This document shows positions 1 to 7,741 of a DNA stretch of 64,000 bases, in pieces (within the stretch, counting starts at the first letter, position 1; each line of letters starts with the position of its first letter). This stretch comes from an uncultured Gammaproteobacteria bacterium (lineage in GTDB: Bacteria > Patescibacteriota > Patescibacteriia > UBA11705). A program made the translations under genes and the position numbers. A model generated the notes under the pieces. It searched no databases. It saw nothing but the letters and a program-made list of their open reading frames with translations, and had not been told where the DNA came from. The stretch covers positions 5,082-69,081 of the forward strand of contig CAZQEI010000007.1 of NCBI GenBank assembly GCA_964592195.1, in the 5' to 3' direction.

Positions 1-154
1 AGATTCTTCTTGTTCTTTACTAATTATATATGAACATCCGAGGTCTCTAAAGAGAACTTGGACAATCACTTTTTATTCAATTCTGATTAACAGAGAACTA
101 CTATATTATAACAAATTTTAAATAAATTGTCAATAGTGCTAATTTTGGCTAATT

Positions 155-463
155 TTATTTCTTTTCAGCCTTTTTAGCCGCAGCATCTTTTTTCTTCTTA
201 CTAATAGAGGACTTCTTTCTCTTGTCACCTTTGATTAACCCTTTGGTAATCATTAAGTTGTGTAAGGTGGCAGAAGGTTGAGCGCCGTGCTTCATCCAGT
301 ATTCGATGCGATCAGCTTTTAATTCAGCTTCTTTAGTGCGAGGATTGTAGTTACCAAGAATTTCGAGAGATTTACCCCACGGATCCTTTTGTTTATCAAC
401 GGCAATAATGCGGTAGTAGGGCATTTTTTTCTTGCCGGTACGACTGAAAATGAGTTTTACCAT
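155..463 (-). CDS. rpsP: 30S ribosomal protein S16 with Lys/Ala-rich C-terminal tail
   Basis: N-terminus MVKLIFSRTGKKKMPYYRIIAVD...YNP matches the S16 family. Tail is KKSSISKKKKDAAAKKAEKK. Confidence 0.85.
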   Translation of the reverse strand: MVKLIFSRTGKKKMPYYRIIAVDKQKDPWGKSLEILGNYNPRTKEAELKADRIEYWMKHGAQPSATLHNLMITKGLIKGDKRKKSSISKKKKDAAAKKAEKK

Positions 464-591
464 AGAAAATTAAATAGAATTGCTTACAAAAATTTATATA
501 GATATAATAATGGTTTTTTATTATTAAGTCAAGCGTTGACAATATTCTCGTTGTTTGCTAATCTGGAGTCACTTTGTTCATTGATCTATGG

Positions 592-620
592 TTGACAAAA
601 ATCAAAATTCGTGCTATAAT
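592..620 (+). promoter_or_regulatory. sigma70-like promoter TTGACA-N17-TATAAT
   Basis: TTGACA at 592-597 and TATAAT at 615-620 with a 17-nt spacer, upstream of the 742 gene. Confidence 0.4.
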
Positions 621-741
621 GATAAGTTCTAAGATGAATAATGAGTTGTAGGGTATTTAAGTATTTTGCTAAAATTAGATAAATTTATTCCTGAGTAGAA
701 TATTTTAGCTAAAATACAACGAATAACTGCAATTCACTTGT

Positions 742-1356
742 ATGACAGACAGTTTAAGTCTTTATCGAAAAGCTGAGTGGAGGGAAAAATTTGTGCTCGT
801 AGCCGCATTGGTGGTATTTTTGGCTAATGTTTTAGTGCCTACCCCAACATTCGCTGCTGATGAACCTATTTTGACCAAAGACGGCGAAGTGGCGGATGAA
901 TTGCTTATTAAAAGTGCAACTCAAACTGATATTTTAACCATTAAGATGGACGAGGCCAAAGAACGTTTGGTGCAAATTCCAAAGACAAAGGTTAAAATTG
1001 ATTATAAAAAGAAGCTTGAAAAAAATCAGATGTATGTGACTACCACCGCTTACTCAAGCGAGAAAGCACAAACTGATGATACTCCTTGTATCACAGCCAA
1101 TGGTTTCGATGTTTGTGAAAACGATATTGAAAACGTGGTAGCTGCTAACTTCTTGAAGTTTGGTACCAAGGTCAAAATTCCTGATTTATTCGGTGATCGT
1201 ATCTTTACTGTTCAAGATAGAATGAATAAACGATATACCAAGCGTATGGATCTTTGGATGACCTCCAAACAACGTGCGAAAAACTATGGTATTCGATATG
1301 TAAAGATTGAAATCGTCAAAGATGAAAAAGTTGAATTAGCCATGAAAACTAAATAA
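742..1356 (+). CDS. 3D-domain (MltA/YuiC-like) cell-wall-associated protein with N-terminal TM/signal
   Basis: Hydrophobic segment after Met. C-terminal TTTAYS...TANG...D...D motifs resemble a 3D domain. Confidence 0.55.
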   Translation: MTDSLSLYRKAEWREKFVLVAALVVFLANVLVPTPTFAADEPILTKDGEVADELLIKSATQTDILTIKMDEAKERLVQIPKTKVKIDYKKKLEKNQMYVTTTAYSSEKAQTDDTPCITANGFDVCENDIENVVAANFLKFGTKVKIPDLFGDRIFTVQDRMNKRYTKRMDLWMTSKQRAKNYGIRYVKIEIVKDEKVELAMKTK

Positions 1357-1382
1357 AGTTATTACAATTTGCGCAATACAAA

Positions 1383-1407
1383 GACCGCCTGAGGAGAGCG
1401 GTTTTTG
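1383..1407 (+). terminator. rho-independent terminator
   Basis: Hairpin ACCGCctgaggagaGCGGT followed by TTTTT. Confidence 0.6.
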
Positions 1408-1581
1408 ATTAGAGAAAAGGAGAGAATGAAGAGAAAATGAGAGACAGGTGAAACGGGGGTGACGGGAGAAACGAGTGATGGAATTATTTGTTTAAATAAA
1501 TATTTCCGATTTTAGAATTTATGATTTTGGATTCAGTGCTTTATTGTGATCAATTTTCCATGATCAATGTTCAATGTACTG

Positions 1582-1610
1582 TTGACATTAACTACATTAA
1601 ATAATAAGAT
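1582..1610 (+). promoter_or_regulatory. sigma70-like promoter TTGACA-N17-TAAGAT
   Basis: TTGACA 1582-1587 and TAAGAT 1605-1610. An AAGGAG RBS and ATG 1657 follow. Confidence 0.4.
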
Positions 1611-1656
1611 CCAAATACAAATTGTTCCTTTCAACCACCAACAAGGAGTTGCCACG

Positions 1657-2073
1657 ATGGCGACGGAAGACAGAGCGCGCATGTTTTTGCGAAAGCTTTA
1701 TAGTTTAGACAATGATGGTGAGACACGATCCATGGAAGAATTAACTAGGCGAATGTTTGCGTATTTGAAGGGCAATAAGAAAACTGTGGCGACATTCAAG
1801 AAAAAGGTTATGCAAGAATTGGTTGAAACTTCAAATACATTTTTCATTGAGCAAATGCTTGAGAAAGTTGTCGAGTCATTTACTGATGCAGACTTGGATT
1901 TTATGCAACAATTCTTCGAGTCACCGTTGATCAAGAAATTGGTTAGTTTGCAGGATGAAATGGACGAAAATGATCATTCTCTTATCCCGTATATGGATGA
2001 AGCCATTGACCGATATGTTGAAGAAGCTAGATCTCTCAAATTACTGCCTCAAGATTTTCAATTGACTTCGTAA
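1657..2073 (+). CDS. hypothetical protein (possibly DUF2059-like), paralog of the next gene
   Basis: Start chosen at ATG 1657 because AAGGAG lies 8 nt upstream. Shares an F-x-E-S/M-P-x-x-K-F/L motif with the 2092 ORF. Confidence 0.5.
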   Translation: MATEDRARMFLRKLYSLDNDGETRSMEELTRRMFAYLKGNKKTVATFKKKVMQELVETSNTFFIEQMLEKVVESFTDADLDFMQQFFESPLIKKLVSLQDEMDENDHSLIPYMDEAIDRYVEEARSLKLLPQDFQLTS

Positions 2074-2091
2074 AACAGAGGGAGACATATC

Positions 2092-2526
2092 ATGGCATCA
2101 CGCGAAAAAGCTTTGGCATTAATTGAAAAATCCGGAGCGCTGAAAGTCTACGATGTTGATTCTCCTGATATAATGGCTCTTCTTGGTACAATATTTCGAT
2201 CTTCTTTTGATCAATCGACTAGAGAATTTTTGATGGGAATAGGAAATAGATTGAGCGTTGCTTTGAAGACGAAAATGGCTGAATTGATGTTGCCTTGTTA
2301 CCTGGAACTGTATACAGATGATGAAATTGATGCGTTGTTGAAGTTCATGGAAATGCCAGAATGGGAGAAGTTCTTGACCACTACTCAAAAAACAAACAAA
2401 CTGGTGACACCTGAGTTTAATATCTATGTGGCTGGAATACGATCGGAATTTATTCGTGAAATAGCGGATTATTTTAAGCATAATGATGTGCTTGGGTTTG
2501 GGGGGAGAGAAGGGTTAATAAAGTAA
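2092..2526 (+). CDS. hypothetical protein, tandem paralog of 1657-2073
   Basis: GGAGA RBS. Shares the MEMPEWEKFL / FFESPLIKKL motif. Confidence 0.5.
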   Translation: MASREKALALIEKSGALKVYDVDSPDIMALLGTIFRSSFDQSTREFLMGIGNRLSVALKTKMAELMLPCYLELYTDDEIDALLKFMEMPEWEKFLTTTQKTNKLVTPEFNIYVAGIRSEFIREIADYFKHNDVLGFGGREGLIK

Positions 2527-2531
2527 ATATT

Positions 2532-2557
2532 GCCAACTAATAGGTTGGCTTTTTTGT
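2532..2557 (+). terminator. rho-independent terminator
   Basis: GCCAACtaatagGTTGGC followed by TTTTTT. Confidence 0.65.
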
Positions 2558-2736
2558 TCTACCAATAACAAATCGGCTACGCCATATCATTCGATATGGC
2601 TGTCATGTCGGATGACATGACGTATCTACGAATATGAATCATAATGATTATGAGATTATTGACAGAGAATTGATAATGTGTTATTGTATTTTGTTGTTCA
2701 TTTCATGACCGAAAACCCCAAACGCAGGAGGCGCTG

Positions 2737-3204
2737 ATGAGTCGATTTAATCTGTTGATGATGGTTGGTCTGTTGGTGGCGTGTCAGCAAGAGATTCCGC
2801 AAATGCCGGCAGTCAAGTCATGTCCGACTGACGTTTCCATTGCTGGTGTTAGCAATAACAACTCGAACACTTTGATTTTTATTCAAGGAGCGGTCACGCA
2901 ACTGGATGTTTTGTATAAAGAAGGAAAGATTTCTGAAGCAGTCTATAAGGATGGTATTAATTATTTTTCTAATCAATTGAGTCTTTTTCTTCCGGGTATT
3001 GCGAATGAATCTTGTCGATTGGAAATAATCAGAAATTTGGATCTGAAAGAGTTTTTGACAGATGGATTGTTGGGCCGAATTGATCACTGGGCGTGGTATT
3101 GGCAGCTTTTGTCAGTTCTTATGTTGATGGTAATTGGTGGTCTTGTTGGTTACTATATTTATTATAGGATTTTGATGAAAGCATTGTTGGGTGCATTTAA
3201 GTAA
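2737..3204 (+). CDS. putative lipoprotein with C-terminal TM helix
   Basis: LLVAC lipobox-like signal near the N-terminus. Hydrophobic C-terminus. Confidence 0.5.
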   Translation: MSRFNLLMMVGLLVACQQEIPQMPAVKSCPTDVSIAGVSNNNSNTLIFIQGAVTQLDVLYKEGKISEAVYKDGINYFSNQLSLFLPGIANESCRLEIIRNLDLKEFLTDGLLGRIDHWAWYWQLLSVLMLMVIGGLVGYYIYYRILMKALLGAFK

Positions 3205-3211
3205 AATATTG

Positions 3212-3236
3212 CTCGCTGAATTCAGCGAGTTTTTTG
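3212..3236 (+). terminator. rho-independent terminator
   Basis: Perfect palindrome CTCGCTGAATTCAGCGAG followed by TTTTTT. Confidence 0.7.
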
Positions 3237-3519
3237 TTCTACGGATCTACGAATCTGCTACAGATACTACGGATATGAAAGTAAAAAGTTTTCTTTACAA
3301 AATGATGTTTTTCCATTATAATCTTTTTGTTCGATGATCAATGATTCATGATCAATGATTTATGTTACGGCCAGATAGCCCCCTCTTCGCTTGTTCCTTC
3401 GCCAAGGCTACGGAACATAAAGAAGCTTCGAGGGGCAGGCAAGTGGTAAGGCAACGGTCCACGCCCAGACTCTCGAGAGAGGCTGAGTGCAAAACCGTTA
3501 TCACAATAAATTAAATCGA

Positions 3520-3594
3520 GGCCACGTAGCCAAGTGGTAAGGCAACGGTCTGCAAAACCGTCATACACCGGTTCAACCCCGGTCGTGGCCTCCA
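3520..3594 (+). tRNA. tRNA-Cys (anticodon GCA)
   Basis: Cloverleaf folded by hand: acceptor GGCCACG/CGTGGCC, anticodon stem ACGGT/ACCGT, loop CTGCAAA, T arm ACCGG-TTCAACC-CCGGT, encoded CCA. Confidence 0.8.
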
Positions 3595-3776
3595 AAATTC
3601 AATAAGGGTTCTCCCGCAGTGCGGGATCCGCCTTCGGCGGAGATTCCCGTTCTGGCCTCCAGTTTAACAAAGAGTATAAAGAGATAATGAGAATGAAGAG
3701 ATAAGAGAGATAATGGGGGAATGAAATTTTTTTACATAAACAAAAAACTCACCGGTTGGTGAGTGTTTATTTTATA

Positions 3777-4811
3777 TTAAGCCACGGCTTTGGCGAGCTT
3801 ATATTCACGCAGTTGTGTGAGTCGCTTGCGTAGTTTTTCAATTTCTTGTTTTACTAATTCATTTTCAATCATCGTGGCTTCGCTATTGCCGTCTTTCTCG
3901 AGATGGCATTCAGCGATTCTTAGAATTTCATTGAGAGATTCTTCAGAATAATTATTTTCTAACGAAGCTTCCAAGTTCTCGCGAACGGTTTTAACATGTG
4001 CGGAAGGTTTAAATTCTTTTTGAGAACGATCATTCAATGCCAGAATGGCAGGAATAATAGTCGTAGCCACAAAGTAATTTTCATCTCGAGTTGCACGACT
4101 GAGTTGATTTTCACACGCTTTAAGTTTACAAATCAATTCGTAGTTTTGGCGTGCGTTGTCAAGAGCAAACCCAAGAGTATTGTCGAGGTTTTCCTTGAAA
4201 TTCATCCTCAATAACAAAGAAGGGTAAACTGATTGAATTCCATTGCAGTCAATAACTAGTTTTTCAGCAATGCGATTGAATCGGAGGATTCTAAGAAGAG
4301 CCAGGCCAGATTGATAGAAATCATGTTCCATTTGAGGCACAACCACGATTGCCCCTTTGTGAAACAGCCCATAGACCGGCACACGGATATACCACATAAA
4401 AGTAAACATCTCAGGTTTGGAATTTTCCAGCGATCGATGAGAATGATCAATCCTGGGATCGAAATAAAAGTATTGACGTTCGGTTTCGTTCTTGGGTCTG
4501 TGGAGCAAGGGTTTTACTTTGTGCAAATGAACATTGCCTTCTTTGTCCATACAAAAGTAGGTATTTTTGTCGACAATGATTTTAATCATTTCGCGAGCGA
4601 AAAAGGTCAAGCATAGAAAAAAGAAAGTAAATACACCTGCTTTTACCGCCATTTCCTCTGTTTCAAGCATGTAAGTAAAGATGAAGAAAGCGAATCCTAA
4701 AACAAATACAATCGTCAAAATTAATCCAAGAAAGAGTAGACCAACTTCAGTAGGAAATGGTAATTTATGGGCATCTTCGCAATCTCGACACCATTTCAAC
4801 TGATTTTTCAT
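3777..4811 (-). CDS. hypothetical membrane protein with C-terminal coiled coil
   Basis: Start set at MKNQLKW, which has a GGGAGG RBS; the ORF track extends to 4907. Two TM helices and a C-terminal EIEKLRKRLTQLRE coiled-coil-like stretch. Confidence 0.5.
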   Translation of the reverse strand: MKNQLKWCRDCEDAHKLPFPTEVGLLFLGLILTIVFVLGFAFFIFTYMLETEEMAVKAGVFTFFFLCLTFFAREMIKIIVDKNTYFCMDKEGNVHLHKVKPLLHRPKNETERQYFYFDPRIDHSHRSLENSKPEMFTFMWYIRVPVYGLFHKGAIVVVPQMEHDFYQSGLALLRILRFNRIAEKLVIDCNGIQSVYPSLLLRMNFKENLDNTLGFALDNARQNYELICKLKACENQLSRATRDENYFVATTIIPAILALNDRSQKEFKPSAHVKTVRENLEASLENNYSEESLNEILRIAECHLEKDGNSEATMIENELVKQEIEKLRKRLTQLREYKLAKAVA

Positions 4812-4980
4812 CCCAAACCTCCCTTCTTGCCGATACCATGACCGGCCAAGAAAGTGCCTGCCATCGACCATCCCCGCACCTGCGAGGCATTTCGACTCAG
4901 GCGTCAATACCTAAATTGTTAAAGTTCGTGCTGGTGATCGGATTTAGTAGGTTAACATGCCGTTGATTGTTGGTCAAGTT

Positions 4981-5140
4981 TAGCGATTAGTAACCGGTAA
5001 CCAGTAACCAGTAACTTGTAATATGTAAATTGTAATAAGTAGCCTGTAACTGGTAACTAGTAAATAGTAATCGTTTCACGTTTTACGTATCACGTATACC
5101 GTATTACGCTTTACGAATATCGATTTACGAATCACGAATA
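4981..5140. repeat. degenerate 9-bp-period tandem array (GTAACCAGT-type then CGTATCACG/TTACGAAT-type units)
   Basis: Visible periodicity in gtaaccggtaaccagtaaccagtaac...cgtttcacgttttacgtatcacg...ttacgaatcacgaat. Confidence 0.7.
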
Positions 5141-5181
5141 ATGAAAAAAGAAAAAACCCTCGCAATGCGGGGGTGTGAAAT

Positions 5182-5583
5182 TTACGCGGCTTTGGGCTGT
5201 TTGGCACTTGAAATGAGAGTGACGAGCTTCCATTTGTTCGGTTCAGGGGTGTGTTGTGGAGGTAGAGGTGGTCGGCGACGTTCAGCTTCTTCTTCTCTCA
5301 TGACTTCAGTCTCAGTCGGACCAAAGGCCGGATGTTGTTCAGTCTGAGTGGTGGCAAGAACAGGAGGAGGTTCAACTTTTTCAACTTTGGTCACCAAGTC
5401 TCTCACAATTTTCAGATTTTTGTTTATCGTTGCATTCAGGTTTGATTTTACAACGTAGAAAATTACCAGAAGAATAATAATCCCAAAAGCATAAAGGAAA
5501 ATGTAAGTCTGATTGGTCTGGACATACTGAAGAAATTTTTCACCATAGATCGGAAGTGTATCAATGAATCCAGTTTCTTCCAT
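5182..5583 (-). CDS. small membrane protein, Pro-rich C-terminus
   Basis: One TM helix and a PPPV/RRRPPLPP tail. No homology recognised. Confidence 0.4.
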   Translation of the reverse strand: MEETGFIDTLPIYGEKFLQYVQTNQTYIFLYAFGIIILLVIFYVVKSNLNATINKNLKIVRDLVTKVEKVEPPPVLATTQTEQHPAFGPTETEVMREEEAERRRPPLPPQHTPEPNKWKLVTLISSAKQPKAA

Positions 5584-5601
5584 GATGTCCCTCCTGGTGT
5601 T

Positions 5602-5853
5602 TTAGGGTCTGCCGTTGTATTGGATGTCGGCAATATGAATGCCAGAGTCGGAATGGAAACCAGGCTTACTGACCCAATTGAGATAGACTTCTTTCGGTGG
5701 TTCTGCTGACTTGGGTGTATCGTGGCAATGACATTTGTCTGATCGGTTATAAATAGAAAGAATGGCATGGCATTGAGGGTGAGAGCAACGACGACCGCTT
5801 GGCATGGTGGCAACTTTTCTTCCGTTTACGATCTCGAATCCATCGGCTACCAT
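5602..5853 (-). CDS. small Cys/His zinc-ribbon-like protein, paralog of 6142-6366
   Basis: Start at MVADGF with an AAAGGAGG RBS. Contains motif CSHPQCH...LSIYNRSDKCHCH. Confidence 0.5.
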   Translation of the reverse strand: MVADGFEIVNGRKVATMPSGRRCSHPQCHAILSIYNRSDKCHCHDTPKSAEPPKEVYLNWVSKPGFHSDSGIHIADIQYNGRP

Positions 5854-6030
5854 GATTCCTCCTTTTTTATCCTCCATAGCTTAAGCGAAGGAGGATTCGG
5901 GCCTTTTGCCCATATTGTGGTTGAAAAGAACTGATTGCTAATTGTATTATACAAATAAAATTGGTTATATTCAAATCTTGAAATAACTTAGAAGTATAGG
6001 ATATTTTGGTAGCTTTGTCAATGATTTGAA

Positions 6031-6120
6031 ATTACGAATGTACGAATTTGTTGCGAATGTTTACGAATTATATCTTTAGTTATTCGCAAGAATTCGTATG
6101 TGATTCGTATATTCGTAATG
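6031..6120. repeat. ~90-bp imperfect palindrome built of TTACGAAT / ATTCGTAA units
   Basis: Four CGAAT units in the first half and four ATTCG units in the second half. Sits upstream of the 6142-6366 gene. Confidence 0.6.
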
Positions 6121-6141
6121 TAAAAATGAGGCTCGTTGGCC

Positions 6142-6366
6142 TCAATGTTTGACTTTGTCATATTTCCTTGTATATTCTTTGCGTTTTGCAGGTGGTGGGG
6201 CGTTAATTTTATCAGTTAATTCCTGCTGCAAACAAGCATAACATTTGTCGTTGGGATTGTACCGGGAAAGTTTTCTTTTACAATTCTTGCATTGACGATT
6301 GGCGGGGTGAACTCCATGTTCTAGTATGTCATACGTTGTCGGGTCATCCTTCAATCCTTTACGCAT
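6142..6366 (-). CDS. small Cys-rich zinc-ribbon-like protein, paralog of 5602-5853
   Basis: Contains CKNCKRKLSRYNPNDKCYAC and has a GGAGGG RBS. Confidence 0.5.
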   Translation of the reverse strand: MRKGLKDDPTTYDILEHGVHPANRQCKNCKRKLSRYNPNDKCYACLQQELTDKINAPPPAKRKEYTRKYDKVKH

Positions 6367-6446
6367 GATGGCCCTCCAGCGTTTTGTGTATTTTAATCAT
6401 ATCAAACCAACTTGAAATAGCAATTAGTCTTGCCCTGAATTGTTAA

Positions 6447-6477
6447 TTGACAAATGTTAAAAATAGGTTAAGATAAT
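6447..6477 (+). promoter_or_regulatory. sigma70-like promoter TTGACA-N16-TAAGAT
   Basis: Upstream of prs. A GGGGGAGGG RBS precedes ATG 6520. Confidence 0.4.
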
Positions 6478-6519
6478 CTTGTCCTTTGACATTTAAACAA
6501 CGGGGGAGGGTGCGAGTCA

Positions 6520-7550
6520 TGCCTCACGAGTTGAAGATTTTTGCAGGGAATTCGCATTTGGATTTTTCGCGTGGAGTTGCTAAAATCCTGAATCGACCAC
6601 TGCATGAACCGAGTATGGAAGATAGAAAAGGCAAGATGGTAACTTGGTTTAGCAACCAAAATGTATTGGTCGATATTAAGACGCATGTTCGTGGTGAACA
6701 TTGTTTCGTAATTCAAACTCAAGCACCAAATGTCAGTGAACATATTATTGAGTTGTTGTGGATGGTGAATGCATTACGAACATCAAAGGCCAAGTCTGTT
6801 ATCGCTGTTATGCCGTATATGCCCTACATTCGTTCTGATAAGAAAGATCATCCTCGAGCTTGTATTGGTGCCAAGTTGTTTGCACAGTTACTCGAAACAG
6901 CTGGCGTTACTGGTGTTTTGATTATGGATCCACACTTTGATCAAATTCATGGATTTTTCAACGAAATAAATACAAACGTCGATGTTCTTCGTTCAAAACC
7001 AATTTTTGCTCATTATATCAGAGCAAATTATGATTTGAGTAATGCGGTTGTCGTGGCTGCTGATGCTGGCGGAACGAAACGAGCCGCGTCTCAAGTGAAT
7101 TTGTTGGAATTGAGTATGGCGGTAATTGATAAAAAGCGCAAAGATGACTCTGAAGACCCGATTCCAAGTGGTATTGTTGGTGATGTTTCTGGTAAAGACG
7201 CCTTTATTTTTGAAGATGAGAGTGCTTCATTGAAAACAATTTTGAAATCAGCGGCTTACTTAAAAGAAGTTTGTGGAGTTAGAAGTGTTAGAGCCTGTGT
7301 TACTCATCCGGTTTTAAGTGTTTTGTCTGCGATCAAGAAAATGCACGAAGGAACTCATGTTGATCAGATGATCGTGTGTAATACAATTCCTGTCCCTCCA
7401 GAAAAACAGAATGACAAAATTGTAGTTATTCCCGTTGAAGAATATTTCGCCAGAGCAATTGATTTGATTTACCGTGGTGAATCGGTTGATGAGTACAAAC
7501 ACAACCTTTATCAAGGTCTGCCAAACACTGAATCAATCACAGTTTATTAA
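6520..7550 (+). CDS. prs: ribose-phosphate pyrophosphokinase-like (PRPP synthetase family), divergent PRPP loop
   Basis: DPHFDQIHGFF and VVVAADAGGTKRA motifs. The PRPP-binding loop reads FEDESASLKT rather than canonical DDMIDTGGT. Confidence 0.7.
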
Positions 7551-7558
7551 TTAACATT

Positions 7559-7584
7559 AGCAGTGAAAACACTGCTTTTTTTTA
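7559..7584 (+). terminator. rho-independent terminator
   Basis: AGCAGTGaaaaCACTGCT followed by T8. Confidence 0.65.
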
Positions 7585-7741
7585 TTGTTAAATTTTGATA
7601 TAATTAGAAGGCTATAAACGTAGCGAGTTTTTGTGTTTTGGTATACATGTAAAAGAGTAAAGTTTTAGAATAAAATAATTATTATGGTTTAATTTTGATA
7701 CTTAGAAACTTACCAACTTATAAACTGACAAACTTCAAGAT

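Noticed and set aside
1698-2481. Antisense ORFs (1698-1934, 2119-2481)
   Set aside because: They are entirely contained in and opposite to better-supported coding genes, with AT-rich codon bias and no RBS.
3365-3595. 76-aa minus-strand ORF
   Set aside because: It overlaps tRNA-Cys and its duplicated fragments on the opposite strand and is a GC-driven open frame.
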